Source of the DNA: Callorhinchus milii
Lineage: Eukaryota
Reading direction: 5' to 3'
Assembly (NCBI RefSeq): GCF_018977255.1
Contig: NW_024704754.1
Coordinates: 18,972,001 to 19,036,000, forward strand
Length of the DNA stretch: 64,000 nucleotides
This document shows positions 22,831 to 34,979 of the stretch, one piece after another; within the stretch, counting starts at the first letter, position 1; every line of letters starts with the position of its first letter. Below the pieces are notes generated by a model. That model ran no database searches, had not been told where the DNA came from, and saw nothing but the letters and a program-made list of their open reading frames with translations. A program made the position numbers and the translations under genes.

Positions 22831-24184
22831 CAGTAGCTAAGGAGAGAGACTGTGCTCAGCTCAGGCAGAACCTGAGAGCCAGCACACCGCTGTAATGCAC
22901 TCATTGGCAGCGGAGGGAAGAGGCCACAAAGTAAAACACAGCCAAGGACAACAAAGTGTTCAAACACAGAGTGTGTTTGATCAGTGATTGGAAGCAGATG
23001 AACCGTTAGAAACCGTCAGCCACAATTTGGTGTTTCTCACTGATAGTAACTCTCTGGCTTTGGCTGGAATCCTCCGTGTCTCACTGCTGAGCCAGCGAGC
23101 CAGGCCAGTCAGTCACCAAACACTGCCCGGCCTTTTACTGGCTTCCGTTTACAGGCACGACTTTCACCATCTCGCAAGGCACTAGAAGCCAGATCCTGGC
23201 CTCAGGAAATTCCCAGTGGGATTCCCGGCAGGAGGTCGGCCGCATTGGTCAATGGCGAGGAACAAAATCTTAAATTTAGCAGACAGCCAGAGCTGAGACC
23301 TACTCGGGATTTCCAGCTGGAATCTTAACCCTTTCACATCGAGAGGATGTCCCAAACCCCAACATATAGCAATGGATAGCAATGGATGACAATGTATAGC
23401 AATGGATAACGCCCTCAAATAAGCTACAGACCTCTTTTCCAGCTAATCCAATGACCACATCTATAAATTTGCAGAGAAAACAAGCGTTGTGCTGAGCTAA
23501 CAAGTGTACACAGGAAAACAGAGAGGAAATCCATGAGGGACAACACTTCACAGCTCCTTACAGAGATACATTGCCACCAGATACAGGGCAGGTATAACTC
23601 TGTCTGCTCCACAGTCACTGAGAGCCACCGGCTCACAGAGTGAGGAGGAACGTGAACAGGTGAGAAAGGGGAGCTGCTGGTGGTGGTAGGGATTAGAGAG
23701 CAGGTTTGGTTCCAGCACCAGACAATGCGAATGTCAGGGGTGTATTGTATGAAGCGCTTTGAGATGTTTCAATGATGTGATAAGGTGCTATATCAAATGC
23801 AAGGATTATTATTATTATGACTTTGGAACACGTGATGGGTGGGTGCTGAGCTTTCCTGTGCTATACCCTAACCGCACTCCCCCCACACACACACACACAT
23901 CACCCCTAGGTTCCTGAGGTCAGTGACCCACAATAATCCCAGGATTTTGTTTGGAGACAGGCCTCTGAGCAGCGTAAACAGAGCAGAAATTTACACTCAC
24001 TATATATAGCTCCTCTGCAGACTGAAATGTCACTGATTTGAAAGGTCGTGTGTTGATGTGTGCGGCTCCCACTGATGTCCTGTGTACTGCCTGCCTGCTG
24101 CCAACACCCAACATTCCCATTACTTAGAGAATGGTTTCATTGATTCCGAGGCCTGTTGGAAATTCAGGGCAAAAAAAACACATT

Positions 24185-24420
24185 TGAGAACGTTAGAACA
24201 TTTATCACAAGATGTTGTTCGCGCCAGTGACCATTCAGCCCCTCAAGCCTGTTCTGCCATTCTATGGCTGATCTGTACCTCAACTCCAATGACCTGCCTT
24301 TGCCCCATATCCCTTGAGACCCTGACCTCACAAACATCTTTCCACCCAAGTCTTGAGAATTTGAACAGATCCGACATCCACAGCCTTTTGGAATCGGCAC
24401 ATTCCTAGTTGGATGGTCTG
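24185..24420 (-). mobile_element. CR1 3' end fragment
   Basis: ccattcagcccctcaagcctgttctgccattc...ccccatatccctt is the reverse complement of a CR1 tail. Confidence 0.65.
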
Positions 24421-26689
24421 ACACTGGCTGGTCAGCAAACACAGGAGAGTCAGTCTGCGACTCAGCCCCACCATCACTACCCGTTCCTACTGTGACGCTG
24501 TGACCTGCCCGACAGCAGATCCACCCAGAGGAGCAGCGGGATAGCGATGGAGTGGCTTGACTTGCCCTGCGCGGATCAGTGTACAACAGCACCACATTGA
24601 TGTGAAAGGAGCCTCACACGGTCTAAACACTTGGGTGGTTTGTTATGAACAACACAGAACATATTGAAGACGGCTGTGTCCCCATCAGCAACGATAGGAA
24701 TCACGCAATCCCCAGCCACAGAATCACAGCCACATCCACAAGATGGGACCCTCTCTCCCCACCTTTCACACAGGGTCCATTTAATAATAATAATAATAAT
24801 CCTTGCATTTGATACAGCGCTTTTCACGTCGGGAGGACGTCCCAAAGCGCTTCACAGAACACACTGTAAAGTGAATTGACTGTATATTTGTGGGCGAACG
24901 CGGCAGCCAATTGCGCACAGCAATGTCCCACAAACAGTCGTAAGATTGAAAATGACCAATTTATTATTGTTTTTGGTTTTGGAGGGATTATTAACCCACT
25001 TAGAGCTGTGTCAGGACTTAGACTGTCAGCTGAGAAACCTCTAGCTAAATTGGACATTCACCTCGTGACCTGTTTGTGAGGCCTTTACTGTGTTATGTCT
25101 GTTTACAAAAAGACTGTGTTTGACGGTAATTGCTGCCAGGCTATCTGACAAGGTAATATGCTAAAAATTATTCCTTTCCATCAACAGAGCAGCTGGAGGC
25201 ATGAAACCCGTGTGTATCAATAAGTACATCTGATCCTAATGTCACATCTATATAATATATAATAATGTCACATCTCAGCAGAGGTGTTAAGCAGCAGGAA
25301 CAGTCAGCTGACAATCACATCCTCTTCGGGATTTGGCCAAACCCGGAATGGTAGAGATTAGCAGCAAAAAGTACAGCAGCTATTAAACACACCGCACAAT
25401 AAGCCCTGACATTCCTCTCCTGCTTCTGGCCGGAGGACGGGAGCTGTTTGCACAGGAGAGATCAGAGCTGTTCTCTTTAGTTACAGAATGTACATTTTTT
25501 TAAGTGGTTTTGCTTTTCCTGATGGCTACAAAATTCCAAGCAAAACACTCCCAAGCCAGAAGTTCAAAAGTTTGAGACGTTAGGAAAACAGAATAGGGAA
25601 TGCTGTGCTGTGAGGTGTCAGACACACACATACATATATATATACATACACATACACCAACACACACTCACACACACACACACACATACATACACAGACA
25701 CGCATGTGCATGCACACACACATAGATATACACAGACACACCTACACACACAGGGGCTAATGATTGCGAAGGGTAATGAAGCCTTTTACTCTGGGATCAA
25801 TGGCAAAACCGTTGGGATTAGGAGTGAAACGTTGCTGAGGGAGAATATATTTGATCAAAACAATTCTCTACAGAGCTCATTACTTCAGGCTGCTGAACGA
25901 GACTAATTGAAAGGAAAAATGCTGCTGTGGATGTTGGCAGCTGCTCGAAAGCTGAGGAAATAGTTTTCTTTTCAGCCACACAAACCTGCCACTGCAACAG
26001 GCAACACATCCTGTCCTAACCTGATCTCCACACACACACAGTCTTGAGCATCTGGGAATGGTGATGAGGAGCGAAACCCTGGCTCATCTGCTCCTGCTTT
26101 GTAGTCCCATCTGATACCCAGGCACAGAGTGGGAGTGAGGTCAGTAGCACACAGAGCGAGGCTGAGGAACAGTCTCTAGGGTTAGGTGGTCAGTGATACA
26201 GAGCAGGTAGAATGATCTCAGTTAATCTCCGCTCCCCCTGACCCAGTGTCTGCCTGTATTACAGCCTTTGATCTTTTGTCTCAGTTTATAAGAAATGGAA
26301 TCGAGTAAAACGGAACAAGTAATTGCTCTGGCACAGAATTAATTATCAGCAAGAATATAACAATAATAATCCTTGCATTTGATATAGTGCCTTATCGCGT
26401 CTTCACAGAATATACTGCAAAGTGAATTGACTGTATATCTTGTGGGTGAAACGTCAGCAAGATTGTGAGACAGAAGCCACAGAGCATTGCTGGAGATCTG
26501 GGGAGTCAGACTCCAGCACTGAACGTGGGCTGAAATCCTCCTGTTAATTAAGCGGAGAGAATGTTTGTAGAAAGATCAGCCTCTCAGAGCTGAAGGCCAC
26601 CTTTCATCAGTCTGTGTTATTGAAGCTAACCCCAGGGCGTGATAAAGCCAAAGCTGAAGTTGAAGTACAGGCTCGACATTGCCAAGTGC

Positions 26690-26966
26690 TGCTTCTAATG
26701 AAAAAGAAGCCAAAATACTGCAGCTGCTGGAAATCCGAAATAAAAACAGAAGTGGCCGGGAACACACAGCAGGTCAGGCAGAGGCAAGGATGGAGAGAGG
26801 AAAGTGAGTTCACGTTTCAGGTCGATGACCTTGCATCAGAACTGGAGGATGTTGGAAAGGAGCAGTGATCTCATCATCTCCTGTCCTCCACCTCATTTTT
26901 CTCCTTTGTCTTTCCTTCCCCGCCCTCTTCTCACATTCCCCCAGTTCTGACCAGAGGTCATCAACC
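26690..26966. mobile_element. Palindromic chondrichthyan repeat with hammerhead-like core (possibly Penelope-associated)
   Basis: Left arm ends ...cacgtttcaggtcgatgaccttgcatcagaactgg (26811-26845). An inverted partial arm ccagttctgaccagaggtcatcaacc (26941-26966) is cut off by a SINE fragment. Confidence 0.6.
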
Positions 26967-29213
26967 CACAAAATACACAGTCACTGCACTTTACAGTATA
27001 TTCTGTGAAGGGCTTTGAGATGTCTCAACGACCTGATAAGGTGCTGTATCAAAAGGATCAGCCCAACCTCCTGAACCAGCCGTCCTCGCTCTCGCTCTGA
27101 GAGAGCCTCACAATGCAGTGCTGGATTCAGAGTAAGGTTAATCTCACCAGTACCCCGACCCCACAATTTGTGCTAACCATTACCAGATCCCCCCCCCCAG
27201 GGGGGCTGGTTAAATCGTGACTGGCCTCTCCTGGCTTTGGGTTGCGAGGAGTGTTAAGCTGCTGTGTGAGCTTTCCTGCACATGTGTTTGCAATGTGAAT
27301 GTGTTGGCGTGTCACTCCAGGGACTCAACCAGGAAATGACAGAGGAGGGAGGGTGGAAGGGAGGAGGGACGAGGGAGGGAGGGAGGAGAATCTGGATGAG
27401 GAACTCGAGAAGTGGATAGTTGGGAAGAGAAATGGAGTTTCTATGAATGGGATCAGACTAAGTCGAGGGTTACACCACCTGACCCCTCAGTTAGTCTGTG
27501 CTCTTTGGGGAATGCAAATTCATAATAATAATCCTTGCATTTGATACAGCTCCTTATCACATCTTCCAGATGTCTCAAAGCGCTGCACAGGATATACTAT
27601 AAAGTGTAGTGACTGTATATTTTGTGGGCGAAACCTGGCAGTCAATTGCACACAGCGGCGTCCCACAAACAGTCGTGGATTAAGTGACCAAATTATTATT
27701 TATTATTATTATTCATTATTGTTTATTGTTAAACCTGTTTAATGCAACCACCTCTATTCAGCAACCACCGACTGTCAGCAACCACCCTTGAACAGTTCCG
27801 ACAGATTTTCCATAATGAAATACTTCTACTCAGCAACCATTTGTCTAAAGCAACCAGTGGCCAACAAATACACAGTCACTACACTTAACAGTAAAATCCT
27901 GTGAAGCATTTTGACACGTCTTGACAATATAAAATGGTATATCAACTACAGGATTATAACATGTAGAACCATCAGACTACCCTGCAGGTACCAGACAACA
28001 ACAACTTGCATTTATATAGCGCCTTACACACTGGGTAGCATCTCAGAACCAAGCGACAACTTACATTGAGAAACAGGAATTCTCTCCAGGTTATTTTTAC
28101 GGTGTAAACCTCTCGTGTTTAATCGCTGAGGGCACCTCAACTGTTATCTTGTTCAGGGAATCACACAACACACATTTCTGCCTGAACATCGCCCACAGCT
28201 GTTCCTGCCATGCTCAGCCTCTGACTGTCGGAGAGGAAATCATTTGAAAATTCTTGCTTGAAATTACAATGACATTCTTCCTCCTGGAAGCCTCGTCCAG
28301 CCTGCGCTTTCTACATGACAAACAGCACTTGAGGAGGCTCGGAGACATGATAAGGCACTATATCATATGCAAGGATTATTATTATTATGATAAACAGAAC
28401 TGTGACTCAGGGACAGAGCATCTACTGTTGGAAAACGGCAGGAAAGCCATGCACTTCCTTTCAACTCTCTGTCTCTTCTCTCCTGATTACATAAGCCAGG
28501 AAGGACGCAGGGTGTGTCTTTTGTCGCTCCGTAATCTGTGTCCTCAGATCTGAGTGAGGGAAAGGTCACTGTCCGAGGTGTTAGATCCTGAAAGGAGATA
28601 ATGTGACCTGGAGCCAATGATGTTTGGTCACAAGATGTTTCTACACTTGATGAAGCTCTTCTTGATTCCAAATTGACATTTGCTCATCAATAGGAACCCT
28701 GAGCACCTGCTCCACAGCTGCTAAATACACTGGAGCTTTGTCAGATAGTCGTTTCTAACTCATCTGATAGTCATAAGCTTCCTCTTCACCCGTGCTTAGT
28801 CACCTCGCCACTCCCTCCGGCTCAGTGTCAGGTTCCGCCACCATTAAGTGCTCCGAGGCACTGCCCTGTGTGAAGTGTGCTGTGTAAATGCAGGTTGTTG
28901 TTCCTATTCCCACCTGGAGCACAAGCCCAACGGAGAGCAATGTGTGGCAGGGAATGGGAACTAGTCCCTGCCACACATTGCTCTCCAGCCAGTCCCCTGA
29001 TCTCAGCCCCTCAGCTCACAGTCTAATGCCTGCTTTATCTCCTCTACTGCCTCCCTCCACTGGACACATACTCAATTATACAATTTAGTCTTCATCATAG
29101 TCTGACAGTGTAAGGCCTTTCAATGTAAACAAATGCCTCAAAACCTGAACAACTGTAGTGGTGGACAACAGGCAGGGATATCACAGAGTTAAAGATGTTG
29201 ACCAAAAGGCTTT

Positions 29214-29566
29214 ACTGTGTCTCTAACCTGTGCTGTCATTGACCTGGGAGTGTGGACGCACAGTGTAGAGGAGCGTTACTGTGTCTCTAACCCTGACCCG
29301 GGAGTGTGGACACACAGTGTAGAGGGAGCGTTACTGTGTCTCTAACCCTGACCTGGGAGTGTGGACACACAGTGTAGAGGAGCGTTACTGTGTCTCTAAC
29401 CCTGACCTGGGAGTGTGGACACACAGTGTAGAGGAGCGTTACTGTGTCTGTAACCCTGACCTGGGAGTGTGGACGGACGCACAGTGTAGAGGAGCTTCAC
29501 TGTGTCTCTAACCCTGACCTGGGAGTGTGGATGAACGCACAGTGTAGAGGAGCGTTACTGTGTCTC
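29214..29566 (+). repeat. Minisatellite with ~54-59-bp unit
   Basis: About 6 copies of ctgtgtctctaaccctgacctgggagtgtggacacacagtgtagaggagcgtta. Confidence 0.93.
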
Positions 29567-29994
29567 CGAGCGGTATTGTTGCTGACTGGGACTGCTGGCG
29601 GCTGACACAGGTTGTGCAATTGGATCGATCATTTCCCAGTATCCTTTACTCTGATGTACCAATCATCACAGGTATTAGGAGACAATGTCCGGTGAATAAG
29701 GACCAAAATGTGGAATGAAAGGGTCAAGCAGCTTGTGGTGTAAGGCTTGGTTGCACTGGACATGTTGTGGCAGCTCAATGTGACGTTGGCTTATGGGAGA
29801 CAGCTCAGAGGAGGCAGATTCAGATTCTCTCTCTCTCTCTCTGTCTCTCACCGGCTGTTGTGTAACTGCTAAACCTCATGCAAAGTAAACTTTTCAAACT
29901 TATTTTTAACGGTTTATAAACTTCCTGCTGCTCAGGTGAGTCACTAACTTATGCTATTAAACATATGATCGGCCACACAGACACCGGAAGCTGG

Positions 29995-30175
29995 TAATAT
30001 AACAACTTGCATTTACACAGCACCCCTCACGCAGGGAGGGCAGCGTCCCAGAGCGCGTGACAGTGGCGGAGAATGTCGCTGAGCCGGGGGAGGGAGAGGG
30101 GGAAGGATGACTGCAAGTGCGGTCGAAGAGGAAGGTCTTGAGGCGCGACCTGAAGATGGGGAAGGAAGGGGGTAA
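29995..30175 (-). mobile_element. L2 LINE 3' end
   Basis: Minus strand reads SFPIFRSRLKTFLF, the typical L2 ORF2 C-terminus, followed by a tgtaaatgcaagttgtt tail. Confidence 0.75.
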
Positions 30176-31254
30176 TACAATACAATACAATACAATACAA
30201 ACAGGTCGTATAAGTGGCTGTTGAGAACTCACTGCTTGAAAGCTGCTGTATTGGGGAGGAAATTGATCGAGTGACAAGACAACAACAACTTGTTTTATCC
30301 ATCGCCCTTCACACGTGGGATAGCATCTCAGAGCGTATGAGGGAGAGATCGAGTAAATGTAAGGGTTTATTTTTACTGTGAGCTGCTGTGGTCTTTTGCT
30401 GCCAGCGACTGGGCATAAAAGTCCTTTCTTTTTAAGTATAAAATTAACAGCATAATTATATTTTTCTATTAAAAAAGAACCTCGCTTTGCCTAGTCCCGT
30501 CTGTTACTAGTGAGAAGGCGTCTCCAGACATTCAAACTGCTGACTCAGTGGTTACGTGGGCTGGGAACAAAGATTTAGCAAATTGGCCAATTTTAGTCCA
30601 CAGTTTATAGAATTCCTGCTGGAAACATAAACTTTAATGGTTGTGCTTGGGTCAGGAATAAAAAAAAAGTTATTTCTCCTGTCAATTGGGAGAACACAGG
30701 CCGTCAGGAAAGACCTAACCCTAATACCCCAGGGAAACACAAGAGCCATGAGGATTTAAGGGGATTAGGGACATGGGGAAAGGGTTAGGAAATAGAAATT
30801 TATATAATCTGTAAGAAGTAAATAAAATGGGCTTTCTGGATTGAATGACTTCCTGCTGTTCCTATATTCCTGTAAATGGAAAAATAAGTCCCAGAACTTT
30901 TAACGTAATGTTTAATGACATTAACAATTCAACAACTTGCATTTATACAGCGCCCTTAACCCTGGGCCGCGTCTCGGAGCGCTTGATATCTGTGAAAGAA
31001 ATATTGAAGTATTGTAGCGTTAACTAATAATTTTAACCCTTGCATTTGATAGAGCTCCTTATCACTTCGTCAATGCATCTCAAAGCACTTCACAGAAAAT
31101 ACAGTAAAGTGAATTGACTGTGTATTTTGTGGGCGAAACGCGGCAGATAAATTGTGCACAGCGGCGTCCCACTAACAATGACCAAATTATTATTTTTTTT
31201 GAAGGGATTATTACACCCGGAACGCGATCCGTTAGCAAAAAGCTAATGGAAGCT

Positions 31255-31750
31255 TTGTGTATGTGTCTGTGAGTGTGTATGTGAGTGTGAGCCTGTGTGA
31301 GTGTGAGAGTGAGTGTGTGAGTGAGTGTGTGAGTGAGTGTGAGAGTGTGTTTGAGTGTGAGAGTGAGTGAGTGTGAGAGTAAGAGAGTGAGTGAGTGTGT
31401 GAGTGAGTGAGTGTGGGAGTGAGTGTGTGTGTAAGTGAGTGTGTGAGAGTGTGTTTGTGTGAGAGTGAGTGAGTNNNNNNNNNNNNNNNNNNNNNNNNNN
31501 NNNNNNNNNNNNNNNNNNNNNNNNNNNNNNNNNNNNNNNNNNNNNNNNNNNNNNNNNNNNNNNNNNNNNNNNNNNNNNNNNNNNNNNNNNNNNNNNNNNN
31601 NNNNNNNNNNNNNNNNNNNNNNNNNNNNNTGTGAGAGTGTGTTTGTGTGAGAGTGAGTGAGTGTGTGAGTGTGTGAGTGAGAGTGAGTGAGTGTGTGAGT
31701 GTGTGAGAGTGAGTGTGAGAGTGAGTGTGTGAGAGTGTGTGAGTGTGAGT
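31255..31750. repeat. GT/GA-rich microsatellite interrupted by an assembly gap (N 31475-31629)
   Basis: Visible directly. Confidence 0.95.
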
Positions 31751-31759
31751 GACCAGATG

Positions 31760-31940
31760 TGAGGGTCCGCTCAGCCGCGACCGCAACCTAACCTGATGGC
31801 CAGTGTATCCGCGCGGTGACGGGCAGCCCCGACAGCCAATGGGACCCGGAGTCCGAGAGAGCGCCCAATCAGCGCGAGGAGGCGGGACTTTCCAACCCGC
31901 CATCAAGTTGGGCTGCGCCGCTGCGCTGAGTATAAGGGAG
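31760..31940 (+). promoter_or_regulatory. CpG-rich putative ARSI promoter
   Basis: CCAAT at 31836-31840 and 31865-31869. GGCGGG at 31881-31886 overlapping GGGACTTTCC at 31884-31893. TATAA at 31931-31935. High local CpG density. Confidence 0.7.
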
Positions 31941-31968
31941 AGCCCAGAGCAGAGCAACAGCGGGGGCC

Positions 31969-32246
31969 GGGCATCGGGCATCGGGGGGAGGGCATCGGGC
32001 ATCGGGGGGAGGGCATCGGGGGGAGGGCATCGGGCATCGGGGGGAGGGCATCGGGGGGAGGGCATCGGGCATCGGGGGGAGGGCATCGGGGGAGGCATCG
32101 GGGGGAGGGCATCGGGGGAGGCATCGGGGGAGGGCATCGGGGGGAGGGCATCGGGGGAGGCATCGGGGGGAGGGCATCGGGCATCGGGGGGAGGGCATCG
32201 GGCGGAGGGCATCGGGGGGAGGGCATCGGGGGGAAGGGTATCGGGG
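31969..32246 (+). repeat. G-rich tandem array (GGCATCGGGGGGAG)n
   Basis: About 20 variable units between the TATA box and the ARSI ATG. Confidence 0.95.
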
Positions 32247-32357
32247 ACTGGGCAAAGGGCTTTCTGTGTGGGACTTACAGTCACATTATTACCAGGAAAA
32301 GGCTTTAAACTCTCTCTCACACCCTCTGCTCACAGGCAGAGCAGACCCTTTAAGTGT

Positions 32358-32533
32358 NNNNNNNNNNNNNNNNNNNNNNNNNNNNNNNNNNNNNNNNNNN
32401 NNNNNNNNNNNNNNNNNNNNNNNNNNNNNNNNNNNNNNNNNNNNNNNNNNNNNNNNNNNNNNNNNNNNNNNNNNNNNNNNNNNNNNNNNNNNNNNNNNNN
32501 NNNNNNNNNNNNNNNNNNNNNNNNNNNNNNNNN
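32358..32533. other. Assembly gap
   Basis: Run of N. Confidence 1.
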
Positions 32534-32613
32534 CACACACAAAGTTTTCAGAAACTTTCCCCAAAGTTGCTGTCAGGGAGGGAGGGGATATGTGTTAGTC
32601 TGGAAACCAAACC

Positions 32614-32921
32614 ATGGCAGTTTACGCTCTGACGGGCTTTTCCCTGGTCAGTCTGCTGTCCTTCGGCTATCTGTCCTGGGACTGGATGAACGCGGGGCTG
32701 GGAGGAGAGGACCAGAGACCCACGAAGGGGAACGGAGAAGTGCGGAAACCTCATCTCATCTTCATTCTGGCGGATGATCAAGGCTATCACGATGTTGGGT
32801 ACCACGGCTCGGAGATTCACACACCAACCTTAGACCGACTGGCAGCAGAAGGGGTTAAACTGGAGAATTATTACATCCAACCCATCTGCACTCCATCTCG
32901 AAGCCAACTGATCACAGGGAG
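32614..32921 (+). CDS. ARSI: Arylsulfatase I exon 1
   Basis: [24 protein letters not shown]...[29 protein letters not shown]...[15 protein letters not shown]. Contains the sulfatase CTPSR formylglycine motif. N-terminus matches ARSI (human [22 protein letters not shown]). Donor ag|gtaagt. Confidence 0.97.
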
Positions 32922-33984
32922 GTAAGTCCGGGGCTGTGCTGTGTAACTAATTGCAAGGCATCTAATAATAATAATAAGTATAATCCTTGTATTTGATATA
33001 CCACCTGGTCCCGTCTTCGAGACGTCTCAAAGCCCTTCATGGGATCCACTGTCAAGATTGGCTGTATCTTTTGTGGGCGAAACGCGGCAGACAATTGCGC
33101 ACATCAGTGTCCCACAAACAGTGGTGGATTGAGTGACCAAATTGTTGTTATTATTATTTATTATATCTGAAGTATGTCGGGGTATTTTTTAAACCAACCG
33201 ATCCCAATGTTGATGTGTTTCGCCAACAAAATACACAGTCAATTTACTTTACAGTATATTCTGTGAAGAGCTTTGAGACGTTTCGAAGATGTGATAAGGC
33301 ACTGGGTCAAATGCAAAGATTATTATTAATATTAAAACTTCCATCCAATGCCTGGCAGCGTACATTGTGTTTACCCAAGAAATCCAGATATGGAAACTTT
33401 TTCCACCTATCCATCTGATTAAATCCATTCATTCATTTCTTCAGTCATCCATTCATTCATTCATTCATTCATTCGTTCGGTTCAGCAAATTTATATTACT
33501 TTCAGTGTTTTTTTAATCCAACCTCAAATTCAAGAATGTGAGATATGTTTTCATTTTTGGGTTGGGGCAAGTATTTATTTTGTTGCAATAAGTTATTCAA
33601 TTCCGACTTCTAAATCCCATAGTGAGGGTGTAAGTGATGTGCTGTGAATGGGGGAGTGGGGGCGGATGAGGAGTTAATTATCTGACAGATGATGGGTTGA
33701 TCTGATGTCTGTTTCATATTGGCTGGAGTCAAATTTCAGCTGAAATTCGAGTTAATGTGCAGTTCATTTCAAACCAACACAAATCACAATCCTTTGTACA
33801 CAGGTCTGTGTTAAAATCATACTCTCTCCCCCAATTCGCACTGAAGTTTAGTTCCATGAATGCGTCACGTGCAAAGTGGACAGTCTTTGTGCGTGCGACA
33901 GTGAGTGTACGTTTGAGTCATCAATAACCAATTGCATTTATACAGCCCCCTTCACACAGGGTCGCGTCTTGGAATGTTTAACAT

Positions 33985-34365
33985 TAATCATAATCCTTGC
34001 ATTCGATGTGGCGTCTTATCACGTTGTTGAGACGTTTCAAAGCGCTTCACAGAATATATTGTAGAGTCAATTGACTGTGTGTTTTGTGGGTGAAAGGCAG
34101 CAGCCAATTGCGCACAGCAGTGTCCCCACAAACAGTCGTGGATTGAGTGACCAAATTATTATTTTTTGTTTGTTTCTGAAGGGATTATTACCCCTGGAAA
34201 AGCGATCCGCCAATCAACTGACAACCAGGTTCCTACTTACTGCTAAGGAAACAGAGGCATGTGGTTGTAAAGACATTTGCCCAACGTTTCGCCCTGCCAA
34301 GGAATCAAACCCGGGTCCTCTCGCTTGCGAAGCGAGTTGCTCTAACCACAACACTACAGGACTCC
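33985..34365 (-). mobile_element. Full-length SINE in the ARSI intron
   Basis: Reverse-complement head ends ...ctctaaccacaacactacaggactcc. Confidence 0.88.
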
Positions 34366-34979
34366 ACGCGTATATATTATATATAATGAGAAAAGGGTGA
34401 AACTCCAGAAAGCCAAGTGAAACAGACCCACAGACACAAACACAAACCAGCACACGAGAAGCCTGCAACATACCAGGAGAAGAGGAAAGAAAAGTGGGAA
34501 AATAAACCAGAAAGCAGCTGTTGGTAACACAGTTCCATGCGAGCCAGGGAACACAAAGAGAGAGAGAGGACGAGAGAGAGAAGCAAATAATAATAAAACC
34601 TTTGACATTGAAAACCCAGTGAATTATCCTTGTTTAGTCAGCACTTAATGAGCTGCGCTTGATTTACATTTATTGCCTGAGAAATTCCATTGATTTAATG
34701 CTAAGTTTGCCACAGGACTGGACTTGGTTCTCAGCTTCATGTATTTATGTATTAATATTTATGCAGTTCAGAATCCCATTATAGTAATCTAATATAAACA
34801 GAGTTTTACTCCCATTTAAACCACCTCGCTCTCGACTTTAACCACTTATCCTGTTGTTTTACTTTGGTTTAAATGTTTTAGCAAAATAGCATTGGGTTTT
34901 GTCTGTTGTGGGCCCTTGAGATGTGTCTATTTTGGTTGAGATTATGAGTGGCCTCTCACTCTTTCGCCCCCGGACCCCA

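Noticed and set aside
29214-29566. Regularly spaced ~56-bp repeats resembling a CRISPR array (also 41118-41445, 5855-6175)
   Set aside because: Head-to-tail units with no unique spacers, no cas genes, in vertebrate DNA.
31232-32320. 362-aa and 324-aa ORFs with Pro/Gly-rich repeats
   Set aside because: Translations of the G-rich array, a microsatellite and N gaps.
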